NCBI GenBank assembly: GCA_965248755.1
Contig: OZ252149.1
Span: forward strand, 4,476,736-4,540,735
Direction: 5' to 3'
Origin: Candidatus Latescibacterota bacterium
GTDB taxonomy: Bacteria > Latescibacterota > CBDEFO01
Length of the DNA: 64,000 bases
In this document: piece after piece, positions 1-8,823 of the stretch
How the letters are laid out: each line of letters begins with the position of its first letter
How positions within the stretch are numbered: the first letter of the stretch is position 1
Made by a program: the position numbers and the translations under genes
The notes under the pieces: generated by a model
What the model was told of the DNA's origin: nothing
Database searches by the model: none
The model's input: the letters and a program-made list of their open reading frames with translations, nothing else

Positions 1-34
1 AAAGGGTGTCCTGGATAATTACCCCTTAAAGAGC

Positions 35-478
35 GTGATGGACGTTGAGGGCTTCTTCGATAAGGTTAAATATGAGATCGCTGGCGTAGAGTACACGCTC
101 AACGATATAGAGAACAGCGTTATAAGGCCGATTTTCGAAGATCCGCGGATCCATTTTGCATTGGTGTGCGCGTCTTTAAGTTGTCCAAACATAGAGGGCA
201 ACGCCTTTAAGCCGGAGGATCTGGACAAGGAGTTAGATGAAGCCGGGCGTAAGTTTTTGCAGGACAGTTCAAAGAACAAGATAGATAAGGATAAGGGGAT
301 CGTCTATCTTTCCAAGATATTCGAGTGGTATGCACAAGATTTTATCAAATCTTCTGGATCGGTTCTGGAGTTTGTAAGGGACAATTTTTCGGATGAGGAC
401 AGGAACTATCTTAGAGGAAGAGACTTGAAAGTAGAGTTTTGGGAGTACGACTGGAATCTGAATGACAAGGTCAATTAA
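35..478 (+). CDS. DUF547 domain protein, C-terminal part (gene probably starts before the window)
   Basis: Motifs 'TLNDIENSVIR..EDPRIHFALVCASLSCP' and 'VYLSKIFEWYAQDF...YDWNLN' are typical of DUF547. Confidence 0.8.
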   Translation: MMDVEGFFDKVKYEIAGVEYTLNDIENSVIRPIFEDPRIHFALVCASLSCPNIEGNAFKPEDLDKELDEAGRKFLQDSSKNKIDKDKGIVYLSKIFEWYAQDFIKSSGSVLEFVRDNFSDEDRNYLRGRDLKVEFWEYDWNLNDKVN

Positions 479-492
479 AGAGGGAAGTAGAT

Positions 493-681
493 GTGACTAA
501 ACAGGAGCGTTTGAAGCAGCATCGTTTAAGACTGGCCCGGTATCAGAGCATGCTCAAGGATGTGGATAATCTGATCCAAAATCTGAGGCAGGACAGAGAG
601 TTTTTACAAGAGCAGATCGAATCGGAAGAGGAGTCAATAGATAGGTTAGTTGAAGAACTCGTTCAGACGGCCAGCAGTTAG
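493..681 (+). CDS. small coiled-coil hypothetical protein
   Basis: 62-aa charged heptad-like ORF with purine-rich RBS (AGGGAAG), directly after the DUF547 gene. Confidence 0.55.
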   Translation: MTKQERLKQHRLRLARYQSMLKDVDNLIQNLRQDREFLQEQIESEEESIDRLVEELVQTASS

Positions 682-858
682 CAGATCCGCCAATTGTTTA
701 TGCCATTTTGACTGATGTAGCTGTCGTATCAACAGCAAGTATGTAATAATGGCAGTAACATCGGATTTCTGTGGTCTCCCTTCTCCGCTCTCTATATCTT
801 TACTTAAGATCACTATACACAAATAGTTATTAAAACAAAATAACACCTCCTGTTCTTT

Positions 859-874
859 TGGCACGAGACTTGCA
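859..874 (+). promoter_or_regulatory. sigma-54 (-24/-12) promoter upstream of hsp20
   Basis: TGGCACG-AGAC-TTGCA is an exact match to the TGGCACG-N4-TTGCW consensus, ~90 bp before the hsp20 start. Confidence 0.8.
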
Positions 875-962
875 TGTATAAAAGCACGGAAGCAGGTTAA
901 GAAAGAAACTCGGAAGTTGAAACGAACAACGGATTTGAGGTACTTAACAGGAGGTGTTAAAA

Positions 963-1415
963 ATGGCATTAGTAAAGTGGCATCCTTTGAGCAGGTTGTC
1001 AGTCTTCGACAATCTCTTCAGAGCCAATTTTGACGACTTCTTTGGCTTCAGGCTCCCATCAGTATCCAGAGATAGCTTCTCAGGGAGCTCGGAACCGAGG
1101 GTTGATATAAAAGAGACCAATGATGAGATCACAATATCAGCCGAGCTTCCGGGGATTGACCGGAAGGACATAAAGGTCGAGGTTAAGGACAATGTCCTTT
1201 CGATAAGTGGAGAAAAGAAGGCCGAAAGCGAGGATGAAGGCGAGGGCTACTACCGCAGGGAGAGCAACTACGGGAAGTTCTACAGAGCATTCAGGATCCC
1301 TGAGGGGATAGATGTCGAGAAATCTCAGTCCAAGTTCAAGGACGGCGTTTTGATAATCAGTCTGACCAAGCCTGAGGAAGTAAAGCCTAAGGCGATAGAG
1401 ATCAAGGTTGAATAA
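963..1415 (+). CDS. Hsp20/alpha-crystallin small heat shock protein
   Basis: 'PRVDIKETNDEITISAELPG', 'RRESNYGKFYRAFRIP', 'FKDGVLIISL'; AGGAGGT RBS before ATG 963. Confidence 0.95.
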   Translation: MALVKWHPLSRLSVFDNLFRANFDDFFGFRLPSVSRDSFSGSSEPRVDIKETNDEITISAELPGIDRKDIKVEVKDNVLSISGEKKAESEDEGEGYYRRESNYGKFYRAFRIPEGIDVEKSQSKFKDGVLIISLTKPEEVKPKAIEIKVE

Positions 1416-1433
1416 CCCGTAAGCTGTAAGTTT

Positions 1434-1472
1434 AAGGCTCCTCTCCTGGGAAACCGGGAGGGGAGCCTTTTT
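1434..1472 (+). terminator. intrinsic terminator after hsp20 (between convergent genes)
   Basis: AAGGCTCCTCTCCTGG-GAAA-CCGGGAGGGGAGCCTT followed by T-run. Confidence 0.85.
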
Positions 1473-1493
1473 ATATGCCGCTTGTTGAGTATC

Positions 1494-2192
1494 TCAGCAG
1501 TTCTTTGCGCATCTGAAGCCGAAGTCGCTGAATCTATGGGAGGGATCTAAACTGCTGCGGGCGGCGCATCGGCTGATTTTTATTTCGTGGCGCCAGGAGC
1601 CTCCTTTGGCTACGCGCCGGGCTGCTGTATCGGGGCCTCTCGGATTGCACTCTGGAGAATATTGGAAGTAGTGGGGATCGTACCAGTCATAGCACCATTC
1701 GTGTACGCCGTCGTCCATGTTGTAGAGACCGTAGTTGTTAGGTTCTCCTGTTGCAACGGGTTTGAGCTCTTCCTGGCGCCCCAAGCCATAATAATCCTCA
1801 TCCGAAGGTCTTTCATCTCCCCAGGGGTAATCTTTACCTTCCAATCCGCCTCTTGAGGCCTTTTCTCTCTCGGCTTCTGTGGGCAATCTGTACTCGTCTC
1901 CTGTCAACTGGATAAGCCATTTGCAGTAGGCGACAGCGTCGTACCAGCTCGGTCCGACCGCGGGCTGATTGGGATCGCTGAATTTCTCCTCGTACCAGAA
2001 ATCGGGTTCCTGATGTCCTGTGTCCTGTAGAAAGAAGGCATATTCTCTCCTGGTAACAGCGTGTATCGCTATCCTGAAGTCATCTACCCAGACCCTCTGT
2101 ACAGGTTTTTCATTGTCCCTTCCGTTGTGACTGCCCATCAGGAAATTGCCTTCGGGGATCACTACAGTTTTAGGAACTATGAATTCAGGCAT
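1494..2192 (-). CDS. formylglycine-generating enzyme family (FGE-sulfatase/SUMF1 domain) protein
   Basis: 'IPEGNFLMGS', 'YRLPTEAEREKA.RGG', 'PNNYGLYNM.DGVHEWC.DWY', 'GFRCA'. Confidence 0.9.
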   Translation of the reverse strand: MPEFIVPKTVVIPEGNFLMGSHNGRDNEKPVQRVWVDDFRIAIHAVTRREYAFFLQDTGHQEPDFWYEEKFSDPNQPAVGPSWYDAVAYCKWLIQLTGDEYRLPTEAEREKASRGGLEGKDYPWGDERPSDEDYYGLGRQEELKPVATGEPNNYGLYNMDDGVHEWCYDWYDPHYFQYSPECNPRGPDTAARRVAKGGSWRHEIKISRCAARSSLDPSHRFSDFGFRCAKNC

Positions 2193-2197
2193 GTAAT

Positions 2198-2827
2198 TCA
2201 GAGAGGGAATATGAGTCCAAAGCTTATTACAAGTGTGTTCTTATCGCCGTCGGGTCTTACGAAAATCCTACCTCTTGAGGGTAGAAAGCCTCCTATCTCT
2301 ATGGATGATACGAAGTCTCTGATCTCTGCTCGTATGCCGATATGACGAGAGATAAGGAAGTTGATTCCGCCTCCGAAGTTGAACGACAGTTCGCTTGTTG
2401 CATCGAGGTCTTCTATATCGGTGGTAGTCCCTCCTATGCCACCTGTGGTGAACGTGACGACGCGGCTGGACAAGATAAAATTGTAGGTCGCGTTTACGTG
2501 GTAGAGAAAGACTGTGGCATCAGCGTTGAGTTTTGAGACGGCCGTGTTTGTGGTCTCATTGATGACGGTTCCTGTGAAAGATGGACGGCTCAATGCGAAT
2601 CCCGCTTCAAAGGAGTAGCGTCGGGTTAGATAGTATCTGTAGATAGCTCCGAAGCTGCCAGAATCGTCAAAGCGTCTATCTTCGAACTGAAAAGTTCCGA
2701 TAAGGGCGGAGACCTCCGATCTTCCGGGAGTTATCTGCGCTGAGCATATAGTGCAGGACGTAAACAGTTTTAGAATAGCTAGAATGGTAGAGAATATGTA
2801 GGTTCTGTTTTTCAATGTCATATCCAA
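2198..2827 (-). CDS. outer-membrane beta-barrel protein (OmpA-TM/porin-like, 8-stranded)
   Basis: Signal peptide, alternating beta-strand pattern, 'FNFGGGINF..SRHIGIRAEIRD', aromatic C-terminal strand. Confidence 0.75.
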   Translation of the reverse strand: MDMTLKNRTYIFSTILAILKLFTSCTICSAQITPGRSEVSALIGTFQFEDRRFDDSGSFGAIYRYYLTRRYSFEAGFALSRPSFTGTVINETTNTAVSKLNADATVFLYHVNATYNFILSSRVVTFTTGGIGGTTTDIEDLDATSELSFNFGGGINFLISRHIGIRAEIRDFVSSIEIGGFLPSRGRIFVRPDGDKNTLVISFGLIFPL

Positions 2828-2893
2828 ATGTTGGGTAGTCTGAGGTCACCCAAGCACTTTGCCGGCCTATTGTCCCAATTTCCTTGCCTGTCA

Positions 2894-2922
2894 AAGATAG
2901 TTGCAGAAGCCTTGGTTGTCAA
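2894..2922 (-). promoter_or_regulatory. sigma-70-type promoter for the OMP-FGE genes
   Basis: Minus strand TTGACA-N17-TATCTT. Confidence 0.55.
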
Positions 2923-2963
2923 CAATTTTCAAGATCTTCCGAGATGAAGTGGATCATTTTCTA

Positions 2964-2992
2964 TTGACAACGGTTACAGGCAATAGTATAAT
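2964..2992 (+). promoter_or_regulatory. consensus sigma-70 promoter upstream of the ABC transporter region
   Basis: TTGACA-N17-TATAAT, perfect consensus. Confidence 0.8.
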
Positions 2993-3114
2993 ATGGTCAA
3001 GGACAATTGCTGATCCCAAAGATATAATGAAAATGTAAGGTGGAGTAGCTACAAACCTTGCGATATACTGTTATCATCATGTTCAGAGCAGTAGACTAAG
3101 CCTTAAGATTCTGT

Positions 3115-3149
3115 TCCCGACTTTCCTTGTCGTTGAAGGTCGGGATTTT
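3115..3149 (+). terminator. terminator-like hairpin inside the ABC ATPase leader
   Basis: TCCCGACTTTC-loop-GAAGGTCGGGA followed by TTTT. Confidence 0.55.
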
Positions 3150-3219
3150 CCCTTATATAGGGATAAATCGGCCTGTCATAACAGTGATTTGACCCCAGTC
3201 ATTTGTCATTACAATTATT

Positions 3220-4056
3220 ATGGATATCGTTCTTAAAGCCGAACGTATAAGATGCGGTTACGGGGATGCGGATGTGCTGAGGGGCATTGATTTGGAACTT
3301 GAGAGAGGAGACTTTATCGGAGTGATCGGTCCTAACGGTTCGGGGAAGAGTACGCTTTTGAAGGCTCTAAGCGCGGCTATAGGTCTGAAAGAGGGGAGTG
3401 TCTATCTGTTTGGAAATAGGATAGATAAGCTTTCCAGTAAAAAGATAGCTAGAAGGGTAGGGGTAATACCTCAGGATACGATTGTGAATTTTGCCTTTTC
3501 TGTGATGGATATTGTGCTTATGGGGAGAACTCCCCATCTGAGAAGGTTCCAATCTGTGGGAAAGAAAGATTTGGATATGGTTTATGAGGCTATGGATTGG
3601 ACGGCTACAGTTCACCTGAAGGATAGACTCATAACGGAGCTTTCGGGAGGAGAAAGGCAGAGGGTGATCATAGCCAGAGCCTTAGCTCAAGAGACTGACA
3701 TCCTGTTTTTGGACGAACCTACAAGCCATCTGGACATTAATCATCAGGTGGAGATATTCGATCTCCTTCATAATCTAAACCGGGAGAAGAACTTAACAAT
3801 TTTATGTGTGTCTCACGATCTGAATTTTTCAGCGGAGTACTGCAGGAGGATTATGCTTTTGAAAGACGGGGTAACGTTTAGGTACGGGACGCCCCAAGAG
3901 ATTATCACAGCTGAGAATATAAAGGAGGTATATGGAGCTGATGTCGTCGTTCAGCCGAGTCCCGTAGGCGGGGCACCCCATATTGTGATAGTATCGAATA
4001 GGAATAGACCTGAAACAACAGTGGGAGATAGACGGACATTACAGTCGAAATCATAG
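3220..4056 (+). CDS. ABC transporter ATP-binding subunit, cobalamin/iron-chelate (BtuD/FepC/HmuV) family
   Basis: Walker A GPNGSGKS, signature LSGGERQR, Walker B LFLDEPTSHLD, 'SHDLN'. Confidence 0.92.
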   Translation: MDIVLKAERIRCGYGDADVLRGIDLELERGDFIGVIGPNGSGKSTLLKALSAAIGLKEGSVYLFGNRIDKLSSKKIARRVGVIPQDTIVNFAFSVMDIVLMGRTPHLRRFQSVGKKDLDMVYEAMDWTATVHLKDRLITELSGGERQRVIIARALAQETDILFLDEPTSHLDINHQVEIFDLLHNLNREKNLTILCVSHDLNFSAEYCRRIMLLKDGVTFRYGTPQEIITAENIKEVYGADVVVQPSPVGGAPHIVIVSNRNRPETTVGDRRTLQSKS

Positions 4057-4104
4057 AATGTGATAGAGATCACAGGAAAAAGGCACGCATTTATATTTTC
4101 GATG

Positions 4105-4376
4105 TGCCTGTTGTGAATGTGCCGGGAGTGGCCAGGACGGCATAGCCTTTTTTACCTTTGCCATGGTGCTTGGAAGCGATCCTGATGTGATCTTTACAAG
4201 TTGTATGGTGCGGAATAGGGGTGAGAATCAAGAAAAGTAAAAGGCTGGACAGTCCTATCGGCTCTGATCGAAGGGAGCGAGTATTACATGCATATCTGGA
4301 ACGGGCTGGGCAAAGGCTGTTAGATGCCTTAGAACCTATGAGGGAATATATTTTCTCCCAGATATTTGGGAGGTAA
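4105..4376 (+). pseudogene. decayed BtuF/FecB-like substrate-binding protein remnant
   Basis: Fragments in different frames read 'VVNVPGVARTA*P', 'MVLGSDPDVIFT', 'KGWTVLSALIEG', 'YLERAGQRLLDALEPMREYIFSQIF'. These match the C-terminal half of helical-backbone metal-chelate binding proteins; located between ATPase and permease. Confidence 0.7.
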
Positions 4377-4404
4377 ACCAGGGAAGCCGTCCTTCTTTGT
4401 AACT

Positions 4405-5448
4405 ATGATAATATTCAAACAATTAAGGTTTATTATCCCTATTTTAGTAGTTGCCTTATGCGGGTCTGCGCTCCTCTCGATAAGAGTAGGTGTTGTTGAA
4501 ATATCTTTGAAGGATGCAGTGGGGATAATCTTGAGTCAGACACCGCTTATAGGGAGCGTGTCTGCAGAATCGGTGTTTGATGAGACAAGCCGGACTATCA
4601 TATCAAGGATCAGACTTCCGAGGCTGATTTTGACCATGCTTGTAGGGGCTGCGCTTGCGATGTCGGGAACGGTTATGCAGGGCTTCTTTCAAAATCCTAT
4701 GGCTGATCCCTACATCGTGGGTGTCTCTTCAGGGGCAGCTTTGGGCGCGACAACAGCGATGGCTCTGGGGATAGATCTTACGTTTGTGGGGCTAAGCTCA
4801 GTTCCTGTGATGGCATTTTCAGGGGCATTATGTGTGACGTTCCTGGTCTATGGGCTGAGTCTGAGAGCTGGAAAAGTGATGGCTTCTATTCTGCTTTTAA
4901 CAGGGATCGCCATAGGGGCTTTAGCATCTGCACTAACGTCGTTTATTATGCTGATGAGCGATGAGAATTTACACACTATTTTCTTCTGGCTTATGGGAAG
5001 CTTCTCCGCAGGATCGTGGAAGCATGTCCTGATGGTGTTTCCGTATATTCTTACGGGGTCCGCAATAATTCTGGTCTTTGCCAGGGACATGAATGTTATG
5101 CTTTTAGGCGAGGAATCGGCGCGTCACTTGGGGATAGAGGTGGAAAGGGTAAAGAGAATTCTTCTAGTTGTAGCGTCTCTTTTGGCTGCATCGGCTGTAG
5201 CGGTGAGCGGGATAATAGGTTTTGTAGGCTTGATTGTTCCCCATATTATGAGAATGGTGGTGGGACCTGACCACAGGAGACTCTTGCCAACTTCTCTTCT
5301 GTCGGGCGCAATATTGATGGTACTGGCAGATACAGCAGCAAGGATCGTGGTAGCTCCATCGGAGATGCCTATAGGGATCATTACTGCGATCCTTGGCTGT
5401 CCATTTTTTGTCTTCCTGCTATCAAGGAGAAAGGATATCAATATATAG
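4405..5448 (+). CDS. ABC transporter permease, FecCD/BtuC family
   Basis: 'IRLPR..L..LVGAALAMSG.VMQG.FQNPMADPYIVGVSSGA', 'LGEESARHLG', 'GIIGFVGLIVPH'. Confidence 0.93.
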   Translation: MIIFKQLRFIIPILVVALCGSALLSIRVGVVEISLKDAVGIILSQTPLIGSVSAESVFDETSRTIISRIRLPRLILTMLVGAALAMSGTVMQGFFQNPMADPYIVGVSSGAALGATTAMALGIDLTFVGLSSVPVMAFSGALCVTFLVYGLSLRAGKVMASILLLTGIAIGALASALTSFIMLMSDENLHTIFFWLMGSFSAGSWKHVLMVFPYILTGSAIILVFARDMNVMLLGEESARHLGIEVERVKRILLVVASLLAASAVAVSGIIGFVGLIVPHIMRMVVGPDHRRLLPTSLLSGAILMVLADTAARIVVAPSEMPIGIITAILGCPFFVFLLSRRKDINI

Positions 5449-5558
5449 GATTTACCTACTGAAATAGAGCAAATTGCTTGATAAATTGTGCGAATCATAT
5501 TAGATTAAATTATATCGCTTTGTTCTTGAAGAACCTATCCTTTACAGGGGAAGAGAAA

Positions 5559-6782
5559 GTGGATTATCCCAGGATTCGTAATATAGAAGCCTTCCCGACG
5601 GAAATGTCGGGTCAAAAGGTAGTTTGTCTACGCGATCCGCTGCAGTTCACAGATAACATGCTTTTTGTGCCTTTTAACGTGTTCTTTATTATTAACATGT
5701 TCGATGGACAGCATTCTATCCTGGATATTCAGACGGCTTATTCCAGAAAGTATGGGGATCTCCTGTTCAGCGATCGTCTGAAAGAAATAATGGATCAGTT
5801 AGATTCCTATCTGTTTTTGGAAAGCGACAGGTTCAGCCAATTCAAGAGGAATATGGAACAGGAGTTTAAAGATAGCCAGATCAGGAGAGCGTCGCACGCA
5901 GGGAGCGCGTATCAGGAGGATCCTGAGGCCCTGAGATCGCAGCTAGGGAGCTTTTTCAGTTCTCCAGAGGGGCCGGGCCAGCCCGTAGTGGAGACTCCCT
6001 CAGGAGAGTTGAAGGGCGTGATCTCCCCGCACATAGATTTCAGCAGAGGAGGTGTGTGTTCTGCATGGGCTTATAAAGAGGTGGCTGAGCGGTGCGATGC
6101 CGATGTCTTTGTGATCTTCGGCACCGGGCATTCTGCTGCCAATATGTTTGCCGTTACATCCAAGGATTTTGGGACTCCGCTTGGAATTGTAAGATCGCAT
6201 AGGGATTTTATAGGGCAATTGGGAGAATTATGCGAACAGGACATTTTTGAGGACGAGTTTGCGCATAGAACTGAACATTCTATCGAATTCCAAGTGCTCT
6301 TTCTCCAGTATCTTTTTGGAGGTAAGAAGGATATAAAGATAGTCCCAATTCTGTGCGGGTCCTTTAATCAGATGATGCTTGACGAAAGGATACCGTGTAA
6401 GGACGAACACTTTACAGATTTCGTGGAAGCATTGAGGATTGCTATAGATGCATGCGGCAAGAAAGTATGCTTCGTAGCTGGGGTGGATCTTGCTCACATG
6501 GGTGCAAAGTTCGGAGATCAAGGGCCTTTGACTTCTGGGTTTCTAGAGTGGGTGGAAGATGAGGATAAAAGAATGTTAGATTTCGTGGAAAAGGTGGACT
6601 TGGAAGGATTCTTTCACTCTGTCAGGAAGGATAATGACAGAAGAAGGATCTGTGGATTTTCATCTATCTGCGCTATGCTGAGCGTTATGAACGCAAAAGA
6701 AGGCAGGGTTTTGAAGTACGATAAGGCTGTTGACAACCTGACGCAGTCTGTTGTGAGCTTTACAAGTGTGGCTTTTTACTAA
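5559..6782 (+). CDS. AmmeMemoRadiSam system protein B (MEMO1 family) with N-terminal extension
   Basis: 'IRRASHAGSAY', 'ISPHID', 'GTGH', 'EHSIEFQ', 'VDLAHMG.KFGD', 'ICG'; GTG start after purine-rich RBS (ORF open from 5478). Confidence 0.88.
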   Translation: MDYPRIRNIEAFPTEMSGQKVVCLRDPLQFTDNMLFVPFNVFFIINMFDGQHSILDIQTAYSRKYGDLLFSDRLKEIMDQLDSYLFLESDRFSQFKRNMEQEFKDSQIRRASHAGSAYQEDPEALRSQLGSFFSSPEGPGQPVVETPSGELKGVISPHIDFSRGGVCSAWAYKEVAERCDADVFVIFGTGHSAANMFAVTSKDFGTPLGIVRSHRDFIGQLGELCEQDIFEDEFAHRTEHSIEFQVLFLQYLFGGKKDIKIVPILCGSFNQMMLDERIPCKDEHFTDFVEALRIAIDACGKKVCFVAGVDLAHMGAKFGDQGPLTSGFLEWVEDEDKRMLDFVEKVDLEGFFHSVRKDNDRRRICGFSSICAMLSVMNAKEGRVLKYDKAVDNLTQSVVSFTSVAFY

Positions 6783-6827
6783 TCTTGGCCTGCGGTTGTC
6801 TACCTTCAAATGACGGGGTCGGTAATA

Positions 6828-7247
6828 ATGGCTGACACAGTGAGATGTGGAATCTCCATAACTCCTACACTTTTGGATAGGTTTGATAACTTGATAGAGA
6901 AGCAAGGATACTCAAACAGGTCTGAGGCAATAAGGGACCTTATCAGGGATAAGCTGGTGGAGACAGAATGGGAGGAGAAGGATCACGAGATTGTAGGAGC
7001 TATTACAATCATCTACAGCCATGAAACCAGGGAAGTTTTAGATAAGCTCTTGGATCTTCAGCATCACATTTTCAGTTCTATAATCTCCATCATACACGTT
7101 CATCTAAATGAGCAAAACTGCCTCGAAGTTATGGTCGTAAGGGGACGGGTGGGGTACGTTAAGGGGATAGCTGATAGGTTGATCAGTACTAAAGGTGTAA
7201 ATCACGGCGAGCTTACGATGACTTCCCTGGGGGAACGGCTATGGTAA
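6828..7247 (+). CDS. nikR: nickel-responsive transcriptional regulator NikR
   Basis: RHH domain 'RCGISI...LLDRFD.LI...GYSNRSEAIRDLIR'; metal site 'LQH...HVH....CLEV'. Confidence 0.92.
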   Translation: MADTVRCGISITPTLLDRFDNLIEKQGYSNRSEAIRDLIRDKLVETEWEEKDHEIVGAITIIYSHETREVLDKLLDLQHHIFSSIISIIHVHLNEQNCLEVMVVRGRVGYVKGIADRLISTKGVNHGELTMTSLGERLW

Positions 7248-7260
7248 AAAGGGAGGGTAT

Positions 7261-7629
7261 ATGAAGGGAGACGTTATCCGTGTAAAGAATATGAGGTTCT
7301 ATGCCTATCATGGGGATCTCCCCGAGGAGGCTAAATTGGGTCAGGAATTTCAGGTAGATTTGGACGTCTGGACAGACTTTGCTAAGGCTGCAATGACAGA
7401 TAATGTCAAAAATACTATACACTATGGTACAATTTACAGGTTAACTGAGGAGTTAGTAACAGGCAAGAGATTCAATTTAGTTGAGAAGTTGGCCGAGGAG
7501 ATAGCTATGACTGTGAAGGACAAGTTGGATGTGGACGGGGTGCTTGTCAGAGTAAGGAAGCCTAATACTCCTATAGAGGGGCACTTCGATTGCATAGAGG
7601 TGGAGATAAAGAGGGAGTTTTGTAAATAG
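7261..7629 (+). CDS. folB: dihydroneopterin aldolase
   Basis: 'FYAYHG..PEE..LGQ.F.VDL', 'FNLVEKLAEEIA', 'VRVRKP'. Confidence 0.95.
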   Translation: MKGDVIRVKNMRFYAYHGDLPEEAKLGQEFQVDLDVWTDFAKAAMTDNVKNTIHYGTIYRLTEELVTGKRFNLVEKLAEEIAMTVKDKLDVDGVLVRVRKPNTPIEGHFDCIEVEIKREFCK

Positions 7630-8130
7630 ATGACAACGGCTTACATCGCTCTGGGATCCAATTGGGGAGATCGAATGGGATTCTTAAGTTCGGCTGTGGT
7701 GGCCCTTTCTGAGTCTGAAAGGATAAATGTAACGGCCTGGTCGTCAGTATATGAGACGGAGCCTATGGAGGTAGAGAATCAGCAGTTTTTCTTGAATATG
7801 GTTGTGGAGGTAAAGATGGATCTAGGGCCGAGTCAACTCCTGGATAGGTTGAAAGAAATCGAAAGGAGCCTGGGAAGAAAGGATAAAGGTAAATTGGAGC
7901 CGAGGACTATAGATCTGGACCTGCTACTGTATGGGGATTTAGTTCTGAACGAAGATTCCTTGATCATCCCTCATCCAAGGATGGAAAGTAGAGCTTTTGT
8001 GTTAGTTCCCCTTGCAGAGCTGACTCCTGATCTGATGCATCCTGTTTCTAAGACGAAAGTATCCGATCTACTTGAAAATTGCAGGCATGGGAAGGTTGAT
8101 TTCCTGGGCAGCTTGGATAATTCAGGATAA
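7630..8130 (+). CDS. folK: 2-amino-4-hydroxy-6-hydroxymethyldihydropteridine pyrophosphokinase
   Basis: 'YIALGSN.GDR', 'SSVYETEP', 'PRTIDLDLL', 'IPHPRM..RAFVLVPLAEL'. Confidence 0.95.
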   Translation: MTTAYIALGSNWGDRMGFLSSAVVALSESERINVTAWSSVYETEPMEVENQQFFLNMVVEVKMDLGPSQLLDRLKEIERSLGRKDKGKLEPRTIDLDLLLYGDLVLNEDSLIIPHPRMESRAFVLVPLAELTPDLMHPVSKTKVSDLLENCRHGKVDFLGSLDNSG

Positions 8131-8166
8131 TCACTATTCAAAATCTATAACAATAATAGTTTCATT

Positions 8167-8823
8167 TTGCCCATACGAGTGACCTTGAATCATCCGAAGT
8201 ACATAGCTGTTGAGGGTATGATAGGTGTAGGGAAGACGACTCTTGCAAAGATATTGGCAGAGAAATTAGAGATGAAACTTATCCTTGAAGAAGTGGAGAA
8301 TCCCTTCCTGCCGAAGTTTTACGAAGATCCCACAAGATACGCTTTCCAAACACAGATGTTTTTCCTGTTGAGCAGGTATAGACAGCAGCAGAGGCTCATC
8401 CAACCAGATCTCTTCGAAAGCTCGATTGTGAGCGACTATCTTTTTGCCAAGGACAGGATATTTGCCCATGTGAATCTGGGCGATGAGGAATTGGCTCTGT
8501 ACGAGAGATTGGCGACTTTGCTTGAGAAAGATATTCCGAAGCCGGATCTGGTGATATATCTTCAATCGAATATCGAAAAACTGACGGAAACGATAAATCA
8601 AAGGGCAAGGGACAATGAAAGGGAGATAGACTCCGAGTATCTGCAGAATCTGAACGATGCGTATAATCACTTTTTCTTCCACTATGATGAAACTACACTT
8701 TTAGTGGTAAGGGCATCTAACATAGATTTTTTGAAGGATACTAAAGGTTTGATATCCCAGATTGAAAACCCTTTTGTGGGAACAAAATACTACGTTCCGA
8801 TGGGATCCCAACAAATGCTATGA
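8167..8823 (+). CDS. deoxynucleoside kinase (dAK/dGK family)
   Basis: P-loop 'IAVEGMIGVGKTT', 'NPFL.KFY', 'Q.FFL.SR', 'PKPDLVIYLQ'; follows folK. Confidence 0.9.
   Translation: MPIRVTLNHPKYIAVEGMIGVGKTTLAKILAEKLEMKLILEEVENPFLPKFYEDPTRYAFQTQMFFLLSRYRQQQRLIQPDLFESSIVSDYLFAKDRIFAHVNLGDEELALYERLATLLEKDIPKPDLVIYLQSNIEKLTETINQRARDNEREIDSEYLQNLNDAYNHFFFHYDETTLLVVRASNIDFLKDTKGLISQIENPFVGTKYYVPMGSQQML

Noticed and set aside
700..960. CIRCE/HrcA or sigma-32 control of hsp20
   Set aside because: No TTAGCACTC-N9-GAGTGCTAA inverted repeat or clear sigma-32 boxes; the sigma-54 match is far better.
2995..3219. Cobalamin riboswitch or NikR operator upstream of the ABC ATPase
   Set aside because: No B12-box/GGGAA...GCCACTG core. 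The GTGATT...CATTAC pseudo-palindrome near 3185-3213 is too weak and has the wrong spacing.
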